64,000 bases of DNA from Bongovirus bongo (taxonomy: Duplodnaviria > Heunggongvirae > Uroviricota > Caudoviricetes > Vilmaviridae). Under the pieces are notes generated by a model. It was not told the origin of the DNA. It searched no databases and worked only from the letters and a program-made list of their open reading frames with translations. Shown in pieces: positions 29,456 through 38,557 of this stretch. Location of the stretch: the IMG/VR virus record IMGVR_UViG_2595698371_000001; one strand, 5' to 3'. How positions within the stretch are numbered: the stretch's first letter is position 1; the number at the start of each line of letters is the position of its first letter. A program made the translations under genes and the position numbers.

Positions 29456-29884
29456 TTGCTAAAAGTGGGCCGAAGCCGCAAGTCCGCAAAGGCGGCTGGC
29501 GCATCGTTCGAGCGCCTGATCGCAGATGGGCTACGAGATGCATTGGGTGACAAGAATATTCAGCGTGCTCCGCGCTGGGGAAGCGTCGACAAGGGCGACA
29601 TCATCAACGTCCGCATCGACGGTCAAGATTTGGTTATACAGACTAAAGACGTTACTCGTTTGGACCTTCCCAAGGGTGTCGGAGACGCTAAACTTCAAGC
29701 CGTGAATGCAGGGGCCCTCGCAGGCCTGTTCATCCATAAGCGCAAGGGAACCACTGACCCGATGAAGCAATGGGTTAGCTGTACCGTTGCGGAGCTAGTT
29801 GCACTGATCACCAAGGTTCCGGTACACGCCGGGGCTGTGGAAGGGAATGAAGGGAGGGCGGATGACCGCCACTCTGGAGAATGA
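29456..29884 (+). CDS. Hjc-like PD-(D/E)XK Holliday-junction resolvase (putative)
   Basis: GASFERLIADGLRD...GDIINVRIDGQDLVIQTKD matches Hjc motifs G.aFEREL and PDvvA..EvK; preceded by a low-GC promoter-like region. Confidence 0.45.
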   Translation: MLKVGRSRKSAKAAGASFERLIADGLRDALGDKNIQRAPRWGSVDKGDIINVRIDGQDLVIQTKDVTRLDLPKGVGDAKLQAVNAGALAGLFIHKRKGTTDPMKQWVSCTVAELVALITKVPVHAGAVEGNEGRADDRHSGE

Positions 29885-30488
29885 CACCGACTTCGACTGG
29901 CGCACCCGTTCGGTGTGCGAGGCAGAAGACTTCGACATGACATTCGTGGATGTGGACGACCTGATCGAGCAGGGCGTCGAGCGTGACATGGCCAAGGACA
30001 TCATCAAGCAGCACGATGATGCCGCCAAGGCTGTGTGTGATCGCTGCCCCGTCGTCGCCCAGTGCCTGAACCAGGCCATGGAGGACAACGAGGAGTACGG
30101 CGTGTGGGGCGGCAAGAACCCCGCCGAACGCAACCGCGAGCGTCACATCTGGCTGCAGATCCGTGGCATCCCGTCGCTGCCCGCCGATCTCGGTGAGGTC
30201 AAGGATCCCGATGCTCTCAGCTCAAACGCTGCGGCCAATGCGAAGTTGACCCGCCGCAACGAGCGGGCCCGCATCGCGCGGGATCTGCTGCTGATGCAGC
30301 CCGCCGACTGGACCAACACCACGCGGTCCTCCGGTACCCACACCCGCGAGCAGTACCTGGCGGTGATGGACATGATCCTGGCGAACCCGGCCTCGACGGC
30401 TGAGGTGATCGCGAACCGGATCGGTCGCCGGGGTGAGTACATCAACTCGATGCTCCGCGAGGTCTGCAAGGCCCTCGAGGTCAACTAG
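29862..30488 (+). CDS. second WhiB-like protein
   Basis: Cys cluster C..C..C..C plus GVWGG; AAGGGAGGG SD before the second ATG. Confidence 0.6.
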   Translation: MTATLENDTDFDWRTRSVCEAEDFDMTFVDVDDLIEQGVERDMAKDIIKQHDDAAKAVCDRCPVVAQCLNQAMEDNEEYGVWGGKNPAERNRERHIWLQIRGIPSLPADLGEVKDPDALSSNAAANAKLTRRNERARIARDLLLMQPADWTNTTRSSGTHTREQYLAVMDMILANPASTAEVIANRIGRRGEYINSMLREVCKALEVN

Positions 30489-30687
30489 CTCTGCCACCAA
30501 AGGGCGGGATGTAGGTCTTCGGATCTGCCTCCCGCCCTTGGTGTTTCATCGCCACGGACGTATGTGCGTTTGTATTGATACAATGAGGTTGCCAGGAGTT
30601 GAGCCTCGCTCCTCCGGTACCCCCGTGGATGATTCTGTGACGCCGTCCGACGCGCCTGCCCACGGGGGTTCTACTTTTTCTAGGCTC

Positions 30688-30718
30688 TGACCTGGGAAAA
30701 GCTTCCTGTAATCACCCC
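30688..30718 (+). promoter_or_regulatory. A-like (TGACCTGGG) plus B motif (CTTCCTGTAATCACCCC)
   Basis: 27 bp upstream of the ATG at 30746. Confidence 0.45.
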
Positions 30719-30745
30719 TTTTGAAGCCGTACCGTATTACTCGGT

Positions 30746-30994
30746 ATGAGCGAACAATGTTGGGGCGGCACCCTTTCAAGCGACGGCCGAATCCAAGTTC
30801 TCGAAAATGAGCTGGCTGAAGCGCGTGCGCGTGCGAACAATGCGGAGCGCAAGCTGGCTGCGGTCATCGACCTGGTGGACCGGTGGATGCGGGACTACGG
30901 GCCCGGTACTCGCACCGAGGAAATTCTTGGGCCGCAGAAAGTTTCGGTTGCATTCGTTCACCGCTCGATCAAGGAGACGGCCAACGATGCGTGA
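30746..30994 (+). CDS. hypothetical coiled-coil protein
   Basis: 82 aa; start 27 bp downstream of the CTTCCTGTAATCACC motif. Confidence 0.45.
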   Translation: MSEQCWGGTLSSDGRIQVLENELAEARARANNAERKLAAVIDLVDRWMRDYGPGTRTEEILGPQKVSVAFVHRSIKETANDA

Positions 30995-31460
30995 TCCCGA
31001 TGTGATCCTCACAAACCGAGACGGCGATGTGTACCTCAAGCGCTGGCACATCATTCCGCGCAACCGGTTCTTCAACATCTACCTGCACCAGTTCCTGTCC
31101 AGCGATGACGACAGGGCCCTGCATGATCACCCGTGGTGGTTCGCCAGCCTGGTGTTGAAGGGCGGCTACTGGGAGCACCGCAAGACCGGCTGGGCGACAT
31201 GGCGTGGCCCTGGATCTTTCGCGATCCGCAGGCCGAAGACCGCTCACCGTGTCGAGTTGGCCACCGAATTGGCCCACGTTGAGACGATCTTCGACTCCCG
31301 CACCCTGAAGCCGGTGCGACGGAAGTACAAGACCGTCGCCAAGCCCGCTTGGACACTGATTTTCACCGGCCCCCGATTCCGCTCCTGGGGATTCCACTGC
31401 CCACAGGGCTGGACCCACTGGAAGCGATTCACCGACCGCAACGGATGTGGAGAACGATGA
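30987..31460 (+). CDS. hypothetical protein
   Basis: ATG/TGA overlap; 157 aa. Confidence 0.45.
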   Translation: MRDPDVILTNRDGDVYLKRWHIIPRNRFFNIYLHQFLSSDDDRALHDHPWWFASLVLKGGYWEHRKTGWATWRGPGSFAIRRPKTAHRVELATELAHVETIFDSRTLKPVRRKYKTVAKPAWTLIFTGPRFRSWGFHCPQGWTHWKRFTDRNGCGER

Positions 31461-31720
31461 GCGACCTGATCAACGTCCAGGACGTGGACGACGCCAGCTT
31501 CCCAGTGGGCACCATTCTGGTGGAGCAGTACCACTACTTGCCGACCACGATGCTGCGAACTCACATGTCGCGCACCCCCGATGGCCGGGTTGAGCCTGGG
31601 CGAGGTGACGTATGGATGGCGATCCATAACGACGCCTCCTTCCAGTGCTACAGCTCCCTCAAAGCATTCGTCCATAGCCAGGGTGGCCATGGACTGTTCC
31701 AGGAGGTTTTCCGCCCGTGA
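31457..31720 (+). CDS. hypothetical protein
   Basis: ATGA overlap; 87 aa. Confidence 0.4.
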   Translation: MSDLINVQDVDDASFPVGTILVEQYHYLPTTMLRTHMSRTPDGRVEPGRGDVWMAIHNDASFQCYSSLKAFVHSQGGHGLFQEVFRP

Positions 31721-31962
31721 CCGAAGATCACGAAACCCACACCAGCGTTGGCGATGAGGTCAAGGACCGAATCAACGAGCAGCTCGACCCCGAGATCACC
31801 GTGGAGACCGCCGAAGAAGCGGCCCGCAAGGACAAGTTCCACCGCAAGCCGAACCGCCAGATGCGCCGAGACATGCTGCGCCTCGTCGGCGAAGTCAAGT
31901 CCAACCGGCCCCGCATCCGCCGCCGCGTCTACCGCGTCCGCAAGTACTACGAGGCCAAGTGA
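31717..31962 (+). CDS. small basic protein (possible nucleic-acid binder)
   Basis: 81 aa; Arg/Lys-rich C-terminus. Confidence 0.4.
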   Translation: MTEDHETHTSVGDEVKDRINEQLDPEITVETAEEAARKDKFHRKPNRQMRRDMLRLVGEVKSNRPRIRRRVYRVRKYYEAK

Positions 31963-32379
31963 TTGTGCCCCAATCACCCTGACAGGCCGGTCAAAAGCCG
32001 GGGGCTCTGTGGCAGCTGCTACGACCGAGAGCTAAAGCGTGAGAATCCCGAGTACGCAGAGCGACAGCGTCAGAATCGGCGCGAGTGGGGCGAGCGACCC
32101 GAATCCCAGCAAAAGATGCGGGACAACGAGGCACGCTACCGACGTAAGTACGGTAGCAGGGCGCACCGCGAATATGGCATCACCCGCGAGGAATACGACG
32201 CCTACATGGCCAAGCCATGTGGAATCTGCGGGGAGCCGTCAAAACATCTGGACCACAACCACACTACCGGCGAGATACGCGGAGGCTTGTGCCACCGATG
32301 CAATCTCGGACTCGGCTATTACGAGGGCTGGTTCCTCGAACATCGTCACGCAGCACTGAAATGGATCGGAGCGGAATGA
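31963..32379 (+). CDS. recombination endonuclease VII-like HNH nuclease
   Basis: C..C zinc knuckles and the LDHNHTTGEIRGGLCHRCN signature of EndoVII. Confidence 0.7.
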   Translation: MCPNHPDRPVKSRGLCGSCYDRELKRENPEYAERQRQNRREWGERPESQQKMRDNEARYRRKYGSRAHREYGITREEYDAYMAKPCGICGEPSKHLDHNHTTGEIRGGLCHRCNLGLGYYEGWFLEHRHAALKWIGAE

Positions 32380-32978
32380 GCACAGGAGAAGTTGTCCACA
32401 CATCAGCCACAGGTGGACAAAAGGCGGGTAACCGTGTGCGGATGAGCCTGGTGCCAGGCCGGGAGCTGCTCGATGTGGCAGAGCTGTACGGCAAGGGTGC
32501 TGAGAAGTATTCGGCGTGGAACTGGGCCAAGGGATATGACTGGTCGCTCTCCTTTGACGCCCTCAACCGCCATCTGTGGGCCTGGTGGGACGGCGAGGAG
32601 TTCGACAACGGCGAGGGCGGCACTGGCCTGGAGCACCTCACAGCGGTCGTGTTCCACGCTCTGGCGCTGATGTACTTCCGCAAGCACTTCCCCGAGCTGG
32701 ATGACCGGCCGAACACAGTGCTGGCTCGCAACGCGGAAGCCGAAAAGCCTGAGATGGCCAACGAAGTCAGCTTCCCACTGAGGATGGAGCGCCTCACCCC
32801 AGAGTGGACCCGCGCGTTCACCTGGTACTGGGCGGGCACACAGTACAAGTGGCTGGACGGCGACAGGGGACCGGGCTGGTACTTCCACAGCGGCAGCCAG
32901 TGGGTCTGGTCCAGTGAGAACTTGGAATCCGGCCAGGGGCTCGGGTCCAACGTGATCTACAGCCGGGTCCGCGACTAA
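32376..32978 (+). CDS. hypothetical protein (possible all-alpha NTP pyrophosphohydrolase-like domain)
   Basis: ATGA overlap; 200 aa; LEHLTAVVFHALALMYF resembles MazG/dNTP-PPase helices. Confidence 0.4.
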   Translation: MSTGEVVHTSATGGQKAGNRVRMSLVPGRELLDVAELYGKGAEKYSAWNWAKGYDWSLSFDALNRHLWAWWDGEEFDNGEGGTGLEHLTAVVFHALALMYFRKHFPELDDRPNTVLARNAEAEKPEMANEVSFPLRMERLTPEWTRAFTWYWAGTQYKWLDGDRGPGWYFHSGSQWVWSSENLESGQGLGSNVIYSRVRD

Positions 32979-32997
32979 CCCTCCTGTAATCACCCTC
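32979..32997 (+). promoter_or_regulatory. B-motif copy CCTCCTGTAATCACCCTC
   Basis: 34 bp upstream of the ATG at 33032. Confidence 0.45.
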
Positions 32998-33031
32998 AGG
33001 AGCCAGATAAGTTGAGAGACATGGAGAACCG

Positions 33032-33832
33032 ATGAGCGCCAAGATTCTGGTACTCGACATCGAGCGACAGAGTGCGCTTGTCGACGGCGTGTGGGAAGGC
33101 AAGCAGTACAGCACCTGGGTTGATCCGTCACGCGTGATCGAACCAGCCCGCACCATCTGCTTCGCCTACCGGTGGCTGCACGAGGACAAGACCAAGTTCG
33201 TCGCCGAATGGGACGGCGGTCTGCCGCAGGACAACACGGCCCACACACCGGGCGGTGGCCACAAGCGGATGGTCGAGAAGGCCCGCGAACTCTTCGATGA
33301 GGCCGACTACATCGTCGGCTTCAACTCGAAGAACTTCGACGTGAAGTACCTGCGCGCCGACATGTGGCTCTACGACCTCTCCCAGCCCGCGCCTCACGTC
33401 GACATCGACCTGATGCAGCAGGCCACCAAGAACTTCAAGCTCTACGCCAAGTCCATGAAGTACCTCGCCAAGGCGAAGGCCATGGAAGGCAAGGAGCAGA
33501 CCGAACTGGGCCTGTGGCGCAAGCTGCGGTTCGCAGACGGCGACGTTCTGCGTCGGGCCCAGCGGGCAATGAAGAAGTACAACATTCGCGACGTGGACCA
33601 GACGCTGGAGCTGTTCTACGACATGCGGGGATGGCTGTCGGGCATGAACCTCGCCCTCTACGAGGACGACATCGGCCCGTTCTGCCCGAACTGCGCAAGC
33701 GCCAACCTGCAGTACCGGGGTTGGGCCGGTAACCGGACCTACAAGTACCGCCGCTTCCAGTGCACCGACTGCGGCAAGTGGGGCCGGGACGCCAAGTCGT
33801 TCGCGTCCGTCCAATCCATCGGCATTCCATAG
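33032..33832 (+). CDS. RNase H-like / DnaQ-like 3'-5' exonuclease
   Basis: N-terminal ILVLDIE (Exo I motif); C-terminal C..C...C..C zinc ribbon; 266 aa. Confidence 0.5.
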   Translation: MSAKILVLDIERQSALVDGVWEGKQYSTWVDPSRVIEPARTICFAYRWLHEDKTKFVAEWDGGLPQDNTAHTPGGGHKRMVEKARELFDEADYIVGFNSKNFDVKYLRADMWLYDLSQPAPHVDIDLMQQATKNFKLYAKSMKYLAKAKAMEGKEQTELGLWRKLRFADGDVLRRAQRAMKKYNIRDVDQTLELFYDMRGWLSGMNLALYEDDIGPFCPNCASANLQYRGWAGNRTYKYRRFQCTDCGKWGRDAKSFASVQSIGIP

Positions 33833-33840
33833 GAGAACCA

Positions 33841-34101
33841 ATGTCCCTGAACACCAGCGTCTTTGACGACGTACACATCAGCCTCGCCCAAGGCGAGCAG
33901 GTAGGCACGCTGGACTGGACGTTCCGCAACGTCCCCGCGAACCTGAACCCGCAGTTCTTCGAGTTCATCGGCAGCGATGACGGTGCGAAGATCCTCGCCA
34001 ACGTCGCGGCCCTCTTCCTGTTCGAGCAGGGCGTCCTCAGCGCCGACGACTACATGGCAGTGGTCCAGGACGTTCCGGCGCGAGACATGGAGACCGAGTG
34101 A
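33841..34101 (+). CDS. hypothetical protein
   Basis: GGAGAACC SD; 87 aa. Confidence 0.45.
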   Translation: MSLNTSVFDDVHISLAQGEQVGTLDWTFRNVPANLNPQFFEFIGSDDGAKILANVAALFLFEQGVLSADDYMAVVQDVPARDMETE

Positions 34102-34313
34102 GCCTTCGCGCCGAGGACATCCCGCTGATCAAGATACTTGAGGACGCGCTGGTGGCCGAACTGGACCGCCAGCACCTCAACGGCGAGATCGAGCCGGATT
34201 CCACAGGCTCCGAACACTTCGACGCTGTCGACGGCGAACTCGCGGGCCGACCGGACTGGTTCAAGGTCGCACGTGCTGTCGCAGAGGCCCTTTGGGCCGA
34301 GGAGGGACGGTAG
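34098..34313 (+). CDS. hypothetical protein
   Basis: GTGA overlap; 71 aa. Confidence 0.4.
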   Translation: MSLRAEDIPLIKILEDALVAELDRQHLNGEIEPDSTGSEHFDAVDGELAGRPDWFKVARAVAEALWAEEGR

Positions 34314-34380
34314 TGGCTATCGTCGCCACCGGCATCCTCATCTTCTTCTTCTTCCTCGCAATCATCATTCAGGAGTGGTA

Positions 34381-34923
34381 GTGGACACCATCTGGAAGCC
34401 CATCCCGCAGGATCCCACCGGGTTATACCTCGCCAGCCAAGACGGACAGATCCTCCGCAAGGAGTACGTCATCGAGAAGCTGCAGAGCCACGGTCACCTG
34501 TACCGGCGCGTCATGCCCGAGAAGATCGTCAAGCAGTGCATCAAGGATCGGGCCCCGTCGCACGGCGTGCACCCGATCATCCAGATGCGTAGCAGCACCC
34601 AGTACGCCAGCACCGTTGAGCGCCGCGTCTCCAGCCTGATCGCCGCCGCATGGCACGGGCTGCCGTACGAGGCGGGAGACCGCACCGCGCAGAACGATTG
34701 GCGCATCGGCTTCATCGACGGAGACCCGTCGAACGTCCACGCCGACAACCTCGAGTGGGTGTCCAACCAAGGCGTCAACACCCACCACTCCCACGACTTC
34801 TACTACGAAAACCTGAAGGCGTACCGCGCCCAGGCCGCAGTTGAGACCGCCGAGTCCTTCCTGGCCCGCTACTACTCGCCGGATGAGATCGACTGGTCCA
34901 CCGCAGAAAGGATCGCCGCGTGA
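34381..34923 (+). CDS. hypothetical protein
   Basis: GTG start; 180 aa; internal start of ORF-track ORF 34138.. Confidence 0.45.
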   Translation: MDTIWKPIPQDPTGLYLASQDGQILRKEYVIEKLQSHGHLYRRVMPEKIVKQCIKDRAPSHGVHPIIQMRSSTQYASTVERRVSSLIAAAWHGLPYEAGDRTAQNDWRIGFIDGDPSNVHADNLEWVSNQGVNTHHSHDFYYENLKAYRAQAAVETAESFLARYYSPDEIDWSTAERIAA

Positions 34924-35426
34924 CCGATCTCGGCATCGACCCCACCGCCTTCGACTTCGACACCGACCCGCTGCAGTCGCGGTTCCACGGCTGGACCGCT
35001 CACGGCGGCATCGAGTTCGACGTGCCGTTCATCTCGGAGGTGGCCGACAACCTGTACCAGGGTGGCTGCCGACGCGGCCTGGTGCTGCTGACGTTCATCA
35101 AGCACCTCGTGTCGCTGTACCCGTGGGAGAAGTACACGGTCGAGCATGAGCTGCTGTCGGAGAAGTCGATCAAGATGTACGACTCGGTGGACCAGAGCCT
35201 CGACCAGGTGGACGAGATCGCCGAGTGGGTCAACGAGTGCCGCAAGACGGGGCCCGTGCTGGTGCACTGCCAGGCCGGGTTGAACCGTTCGGCGCTGATC
35301 GCGGCCCGCGCCATCTGGCTGGACACCCGCCAGAGCGGCTTTTCGATCATGAACCACCTGCGCCGCACCCGTTCGGACGCGGTGCTGTGCAACCCGGCGT
35401 TCGCCCGCGAGGTCGCTAGCTGGTGA
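34920..35426 (+). CDS. protein tyrosine / dual-specificity phosphatase
   Basis: CX5R P-loop VHCQAGLNRS. Confidence 0.65.
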   Translation: MTDLGIDPTAFDFDTDPLQSRFHGWTAHGGIEFDVPFISEVADNLYQGGCRRGLVLLTFIKHLVSLYPWEKYTVEHELLSEKSIKMYDSVDQSLDQVDEIAEWVNECRKTGPVLVHCQAGLNRSALIAARAIWLDTRQSGFSIMNHLRRTRSDAVLCNPAFAREVASW

Positions 35427-35659
35427 GCGACGTTGATGTGATGGCCGCGCTGATCGAGCAGCATGCGAGGGCCAACGACCCGGTGGCCCGCCACATGAGC
35501 TACCGGGTCACCGCATCGAGTGCCCGTAAGGCCGCAGAAGCCCTCCACGCCGCAGGATTCCGCCAGGGGGCAGGGACGGTCGACCGAGAGCAGAACGACC
35601 GGCTGAAGGCCATTGAGAGCCGTTTGGACCGCATCGAGGGATACATGGTGATCACGTGA
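35423..35659 (+). CDS. hypothetical protein
   Basis: GTGA overlap; 78 aa. Confidence 0.4.
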   Translation: MSDVDVMAALIEQHARANDPVARHMSYRVTASSARKAAEALHAAGFRQGAGTVDREQNDRLKAIESRLDRIEGYMVIT

Positions 35660-35964
35660 GCGACCATCTGTTGATCTATGGCGCATCCGATGACCTGGTC
35701 GAGTTCGAGGGCCGGTTCAACGAGGAGTTCAACGCGTACGGGCGTGCCAAGTTCATGGTTCGGATCGTGGACGGCGACAAGCGTTCCGTGTTTCTGGTGA
35801 CCGCCGAGTTCGGCAACGGCTGGGAGCTGTTCGTTGGATCCAACACCGACTCTGTCGAGTTCCCCGTCGAGTTCACGTTCACGCAGCGCCCCGACTATGA
35901 GGGCGATCCGGCGATCCTGTTCACGCTGCGGCCAACTGACGACCTACATGTGGAGCAGCTATGA
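35656..35964 (+). CDS. hypothetical protein
   Basis: GTGA overlap; 102 aa. Confidence 0.45.
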   Translation: MSDHLLIYGASDDLVEFEGRFNEEFNAYGRAKFMVRIVDGDKRSVFLVTAEFGNGWELFVGSNTDSVEFPVEFTFTQRPDYEGDPAILFTLRPTDDLHVEQL

Positions 35965-36206
35965 GCCTGAGTATGCCGATCATGATCAACGACACCACCA
36001 TCGGCGCGTTGACCATCCACCGCACCCAGAGGCTCCGCAACAACCGCAAGGACGACGTTCACACCTACGAGTGGGAACTGTTCATGAAGGGCGGCAAGAC
36101 CCTTCGCGGCGAGCGGGACGCAGAAAGCTACGCGGGCACAGTGGAGCACTCCTACAGCGCAGGTGCTGTGGAACTCATCAAGAAGGTCATGGCCCAGATC
36201 CCATGA
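35961..36206 (+). CDS. hypothetical protein
   Basis: ATGA overlap; 81 aa. Confidence 0.45.
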   Translation: MSLSMPIMINDTTIGALTIHRTQRLRNNRKDDVHTYEWELFMKGGKTLRGERDAESYAGTVEHSYSAGAVELIKKVMAQIP

Positions 36207-36340
36207 CCGACATCCAGATCCGGTACGAGATTCCCGACAACGCGCCCGACTGGCTGTTTCAGTGCATCGCTGACGGCGACTGGAACGGCATCCTCGAATA
36301 CACCTGCGGGCGTTCACCGTCCAACATCGAGGTGGTATGA
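36203..36340 (+). CDS. small hypothetical protein (45 aa)
   Basis: ATGA overlaps on both sides; below the ORF-track length cutoff. Confidence 0.3.
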   Translation: MTDIQIRYEIPDNAPDWLFQCIADGDWNGILEYTCGRSPSNIEVV

Positions 36341-36498
36341 CCCAGCCGTCAACACAAGCGCAGCGGGATGCCTATCTCGCTGGAATGTGTAAGTGGTGCA
36401 TGGAGAAACGGCACCGCGCGGGCAGTCCAGAATGTGATGACTGCTGGAAGTTGAGAGGAACCGGCGCGACCATGCGCCCCGCACGAGAGGTGTTCTGA
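36337..36498 (+). CDS. small Cys-rich protein (53 aa)
   Basis: ATGA overlap; CxxC...CxxC. Confidence 0.3.
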   Translation: MTQPSTQAQRDAYLAGMCKWCMEKRHRAGSPECDDCWKLRGTGATMRPAREVF

Positions 36499-36689
36499 TG
36501 GCCACCAAGAAGCAACGAGCACGGCAGAAGTACCGCGACCGCTACGGCCGCGACCCGCAGAGCGACGCCCAGCTCGCCACGTTCATGGCGACGCTGCCGA
36601 CATCGGCCTTCATCGGCTGTTCGGACTTCAGCAGCTCCAGCAGCTTCGACTCGGGCAGCTCGTTCGACGGCGGAAGCTGCAGCTTCTGA
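36498..36689 (+). CDS. hypothetical protein
   Basis: 63 aa; Ser/Phe-rich tail. Confidence 0.35.
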   Translation: MATKKQRARQKYRDRYGRDPQSDAQLATFMATLPTSAFIGCSDFSSSSSFDSGSSFDGGSCSF

Positions 36690-36716
36690 GCCGCCTACTC
36701 CAGGTGAGGAACCCAA

Positions 36717-37043
36717 TTGCCCACGAACTCAAAGAACGGCCCACGCTCTCGCGGCCGAACGGGCGGCAAGTTTGAACGGGCGAAGTGGCGCGTTCTCAAG
36801 GCAAACCAGATCTGCGCCCACCCAGACTGCCGTCAACTCATCGACCTGGACCTCAAGTGGCCGGATCCGATGAGCCCCACCGTGAACCACATCATCCCCG
36901 TCAAGGACTTGGCCTGGGATGACCCTCTGACGTACTCGGTGGAGAACCTCGAGCCCATGCACCTGGTGTGCAACCAGCGTCTCGGCGCTGGGCCCCGCAA
37001 GAAAAAGCCGAAGCATCCGCAGTCGCGGAACTGGCGCGAATGA
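36717..37043 (+). CDS. HNH endonuclease
   Basis: CAHPDC...NHIIPV...N..CN HNH motif; TTG start. Confidence 0.6.
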   Translation: MPTNSKNGPRSRGRTGGKFERAKWRVLKANQICAHPDCRQLIDLDLKWPDPMSPTVNHIIPVKDLAWDDPLTYSVENLEPMHLVCNQRLGAGPRKKKPKHPQSRNWRE

Positions 37044-37131
37044 CCTCGTCAGCAAACTCGTGCTAAACTGGAAGCAGATGGCAGCGCCCCTTCGGGTAGC
37101 GCGCAGCAAATTTCGATCCTAAGGACTTCAC

Positions 37132-37341
37132 ATGGCTTCTCCTCAGAACCCTTTCGTGCCGCTCGACCCAGCGGACTACAACCTGTCCGGCTCGCAGGCG
37201 GCCGAGGATGCCCTGGCGGGGATCATGAAGCCGCTCGTCGGCGCTGGCCCGCATGACGACCTGACGGTGGAAGAGCTGAATCAGCGATTCGACGGCACCG
37301 GCTCGCCGCGTCCACATACGTTCCCGACTCCGCAGAACTGA
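37132..37341 (+). CDS. hypothetical protein
   Basis: 69 aa; last CDS before the tRNA array. Confidence 0.4.
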   Translation: MASPQNPFVPLDPADYNLSGSQAAEDALAGIMKPLVGAGPHDDLTVEELNQRFDGTGSPRPHTFPTPQN

Positions 37342-37410
37342 GGTTCTGAGGTGTAGGCCCTCGAAGAGGCCCCCGGTCAGCGTATGTGCTGGTCGGGGGC
37401 CTTTTTGGTT

Positions 37411-37428
37411 CTTCCTGTAATCACCTCC
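37411..37428 (+). promoter_or_regulatory. B-motif copy CTTCCTGTAATCACCTCC at the entrance of the tRNA array
   Basis: 140 bp upstream of the first tRNA. Confidence 0.45.
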
Positions 37429-37566
37429 GCGCGGCCTCTAATCTATTTCATGTCCGGTTCAAGAGGGACCGGATAAGCGATACACCGGAGGGGCCAAGTA
37501 CCCACACCTTTCAAGCCTGGTTCCTCCACTGGGGCTCAACAGAGTTGAGGCTGAAGAGTCCCACCT

Positions 37567-37637
37567 ATGGGCGTAGCTGACTGGGAAGCAACGGTCTCCA
37601 AAGCCGTGATATGCAGGTTCGAATCCTGCCGCCCGTG
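37567..37637 (+). tRNA. tRNA-Trp (anticodon CCA)
   Basis: acceptor ATGGGCG/CGCCCGT; anticodon stem ACGGT/GCCGT with loop CTCCAAA; T-arm GCAGG-TTCGAAT-CCTGC; 3-bp D stem. Confidence 0.55.
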
Positions 37638-37718
37638 CAAGGTTCGATGTTCGGTCATTACCGAACGCCGAGCATGTTGGTTGAGAACTCAATAGTGGAA
37701 GTACAAGTAAGTTTCAAT

Positions 37719-38121
37719 GGGGCTGTACTGGTTTCGATTGCGAACCGAGTCCATGGAAGCGTGCCGGGAAGATACGCCCGTAACAGTTCAACCCTTATAA
37801 GCGCCGCATTTGTTGACGCTGATTACGCCGTAGCTGCGTGATCCGGTGGGGCACAACGGTTCACCCGTTCCCGTGTGCAATCCCGCCGTCGCCAAAACGG
37901 GGAACCTGCATACCGACTCAGCATGCAGTGAGCCAGCAATGGTCATAATGCAGATGTCCTCCCGCCGTGAGGAGCGTAGATCGGCTTTGTACCCACACGG
38001 TGACCCTTCGAGGGTTAAGCCCTGTGAGCCAATGGGATACGAGATGAGTTACAGGCTACGCACGTAGAAGAATGAGTACAGAGAACGTAAGACGCGGGTT
38101 CGATTCCCGCCAGCTCCACCA
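37719..38121 (+). ncRNA. ssrA: tmRNA (ssrA), about 403 nt
   Basis: 5' GGGGCTG pairs with 3' CAGCTCC including the G3-U70 wobble; canonical 3' tRNA-like end GCGGGTTCGATTCCCGC-CAGCTCCACCA; internal tag-like frame ...ADYAVAA followed by TGA at about 37826-37850; no credible CDS across the interval. Confidence 0.8.
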
Positions 38122-38486
38122 AGGCCTTGGTCTGGGTTCGAATCCCAGTGTGATTGAAGTGGATTCACGGATGTGCACCCGTGTCTACGCTCCGGTGGGT
38201 AGCTCCCAGCCGCGTTCACATGGTGTAAATGGCAAGCACAGGGCCTGTAAACCGGTTTCCCATCTCCGACCAAAGGATGGGTGGTGGAAACGAACTGGGT
38301 CTTAGGCAACCCCGTTCAGTCCTCGGCGTCCCAGTCCGTCGTCACCCAGACTGGGTAAGCCTAAGTGCCTGCCACAGAGCTAACCCGTGAGGTCGGGAGA
38401 ATCTGGGCACGCTTGACAGCGGAGCGGGAGACTGCGAAAGGTGTCCGTCCTAGCCCTGGTATCGACGTTAAATATCCAGGGACTCT

Positions 38487-38557
38487 TGGCCTGTCGGTTA
38501 ACGGCAAACCAGCGCCCTGTTAAGGCGTGACTCCTGGTTCGAATCCAGGTAGGCCAG
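38487..38557 (+). tRNA. tRNA-Asn (anticodon GUU)
   Basis: U1-A72 acceptor TGGCCTG/TAGGCCA (as in E. coli tRNA-Asn); D stem GGTT/AACC; anticodon arm GCGCC-CTGTTAA-GGCGT; T-arm CCTGG-TTCGAAT-CCAGG. Confidence 0.6.

Noticed and set aside
38141-38157. Canonical-looking T-arm CTGGGTTCGAATCCCAG immediately 3' of the tmRNA
   Set aside because: No complementary 5' acceptor or D/anticodon arms can be found upstream, which is occupied by the tmRNA; kept only as an orphan T-arm relic inside the unassigned region.
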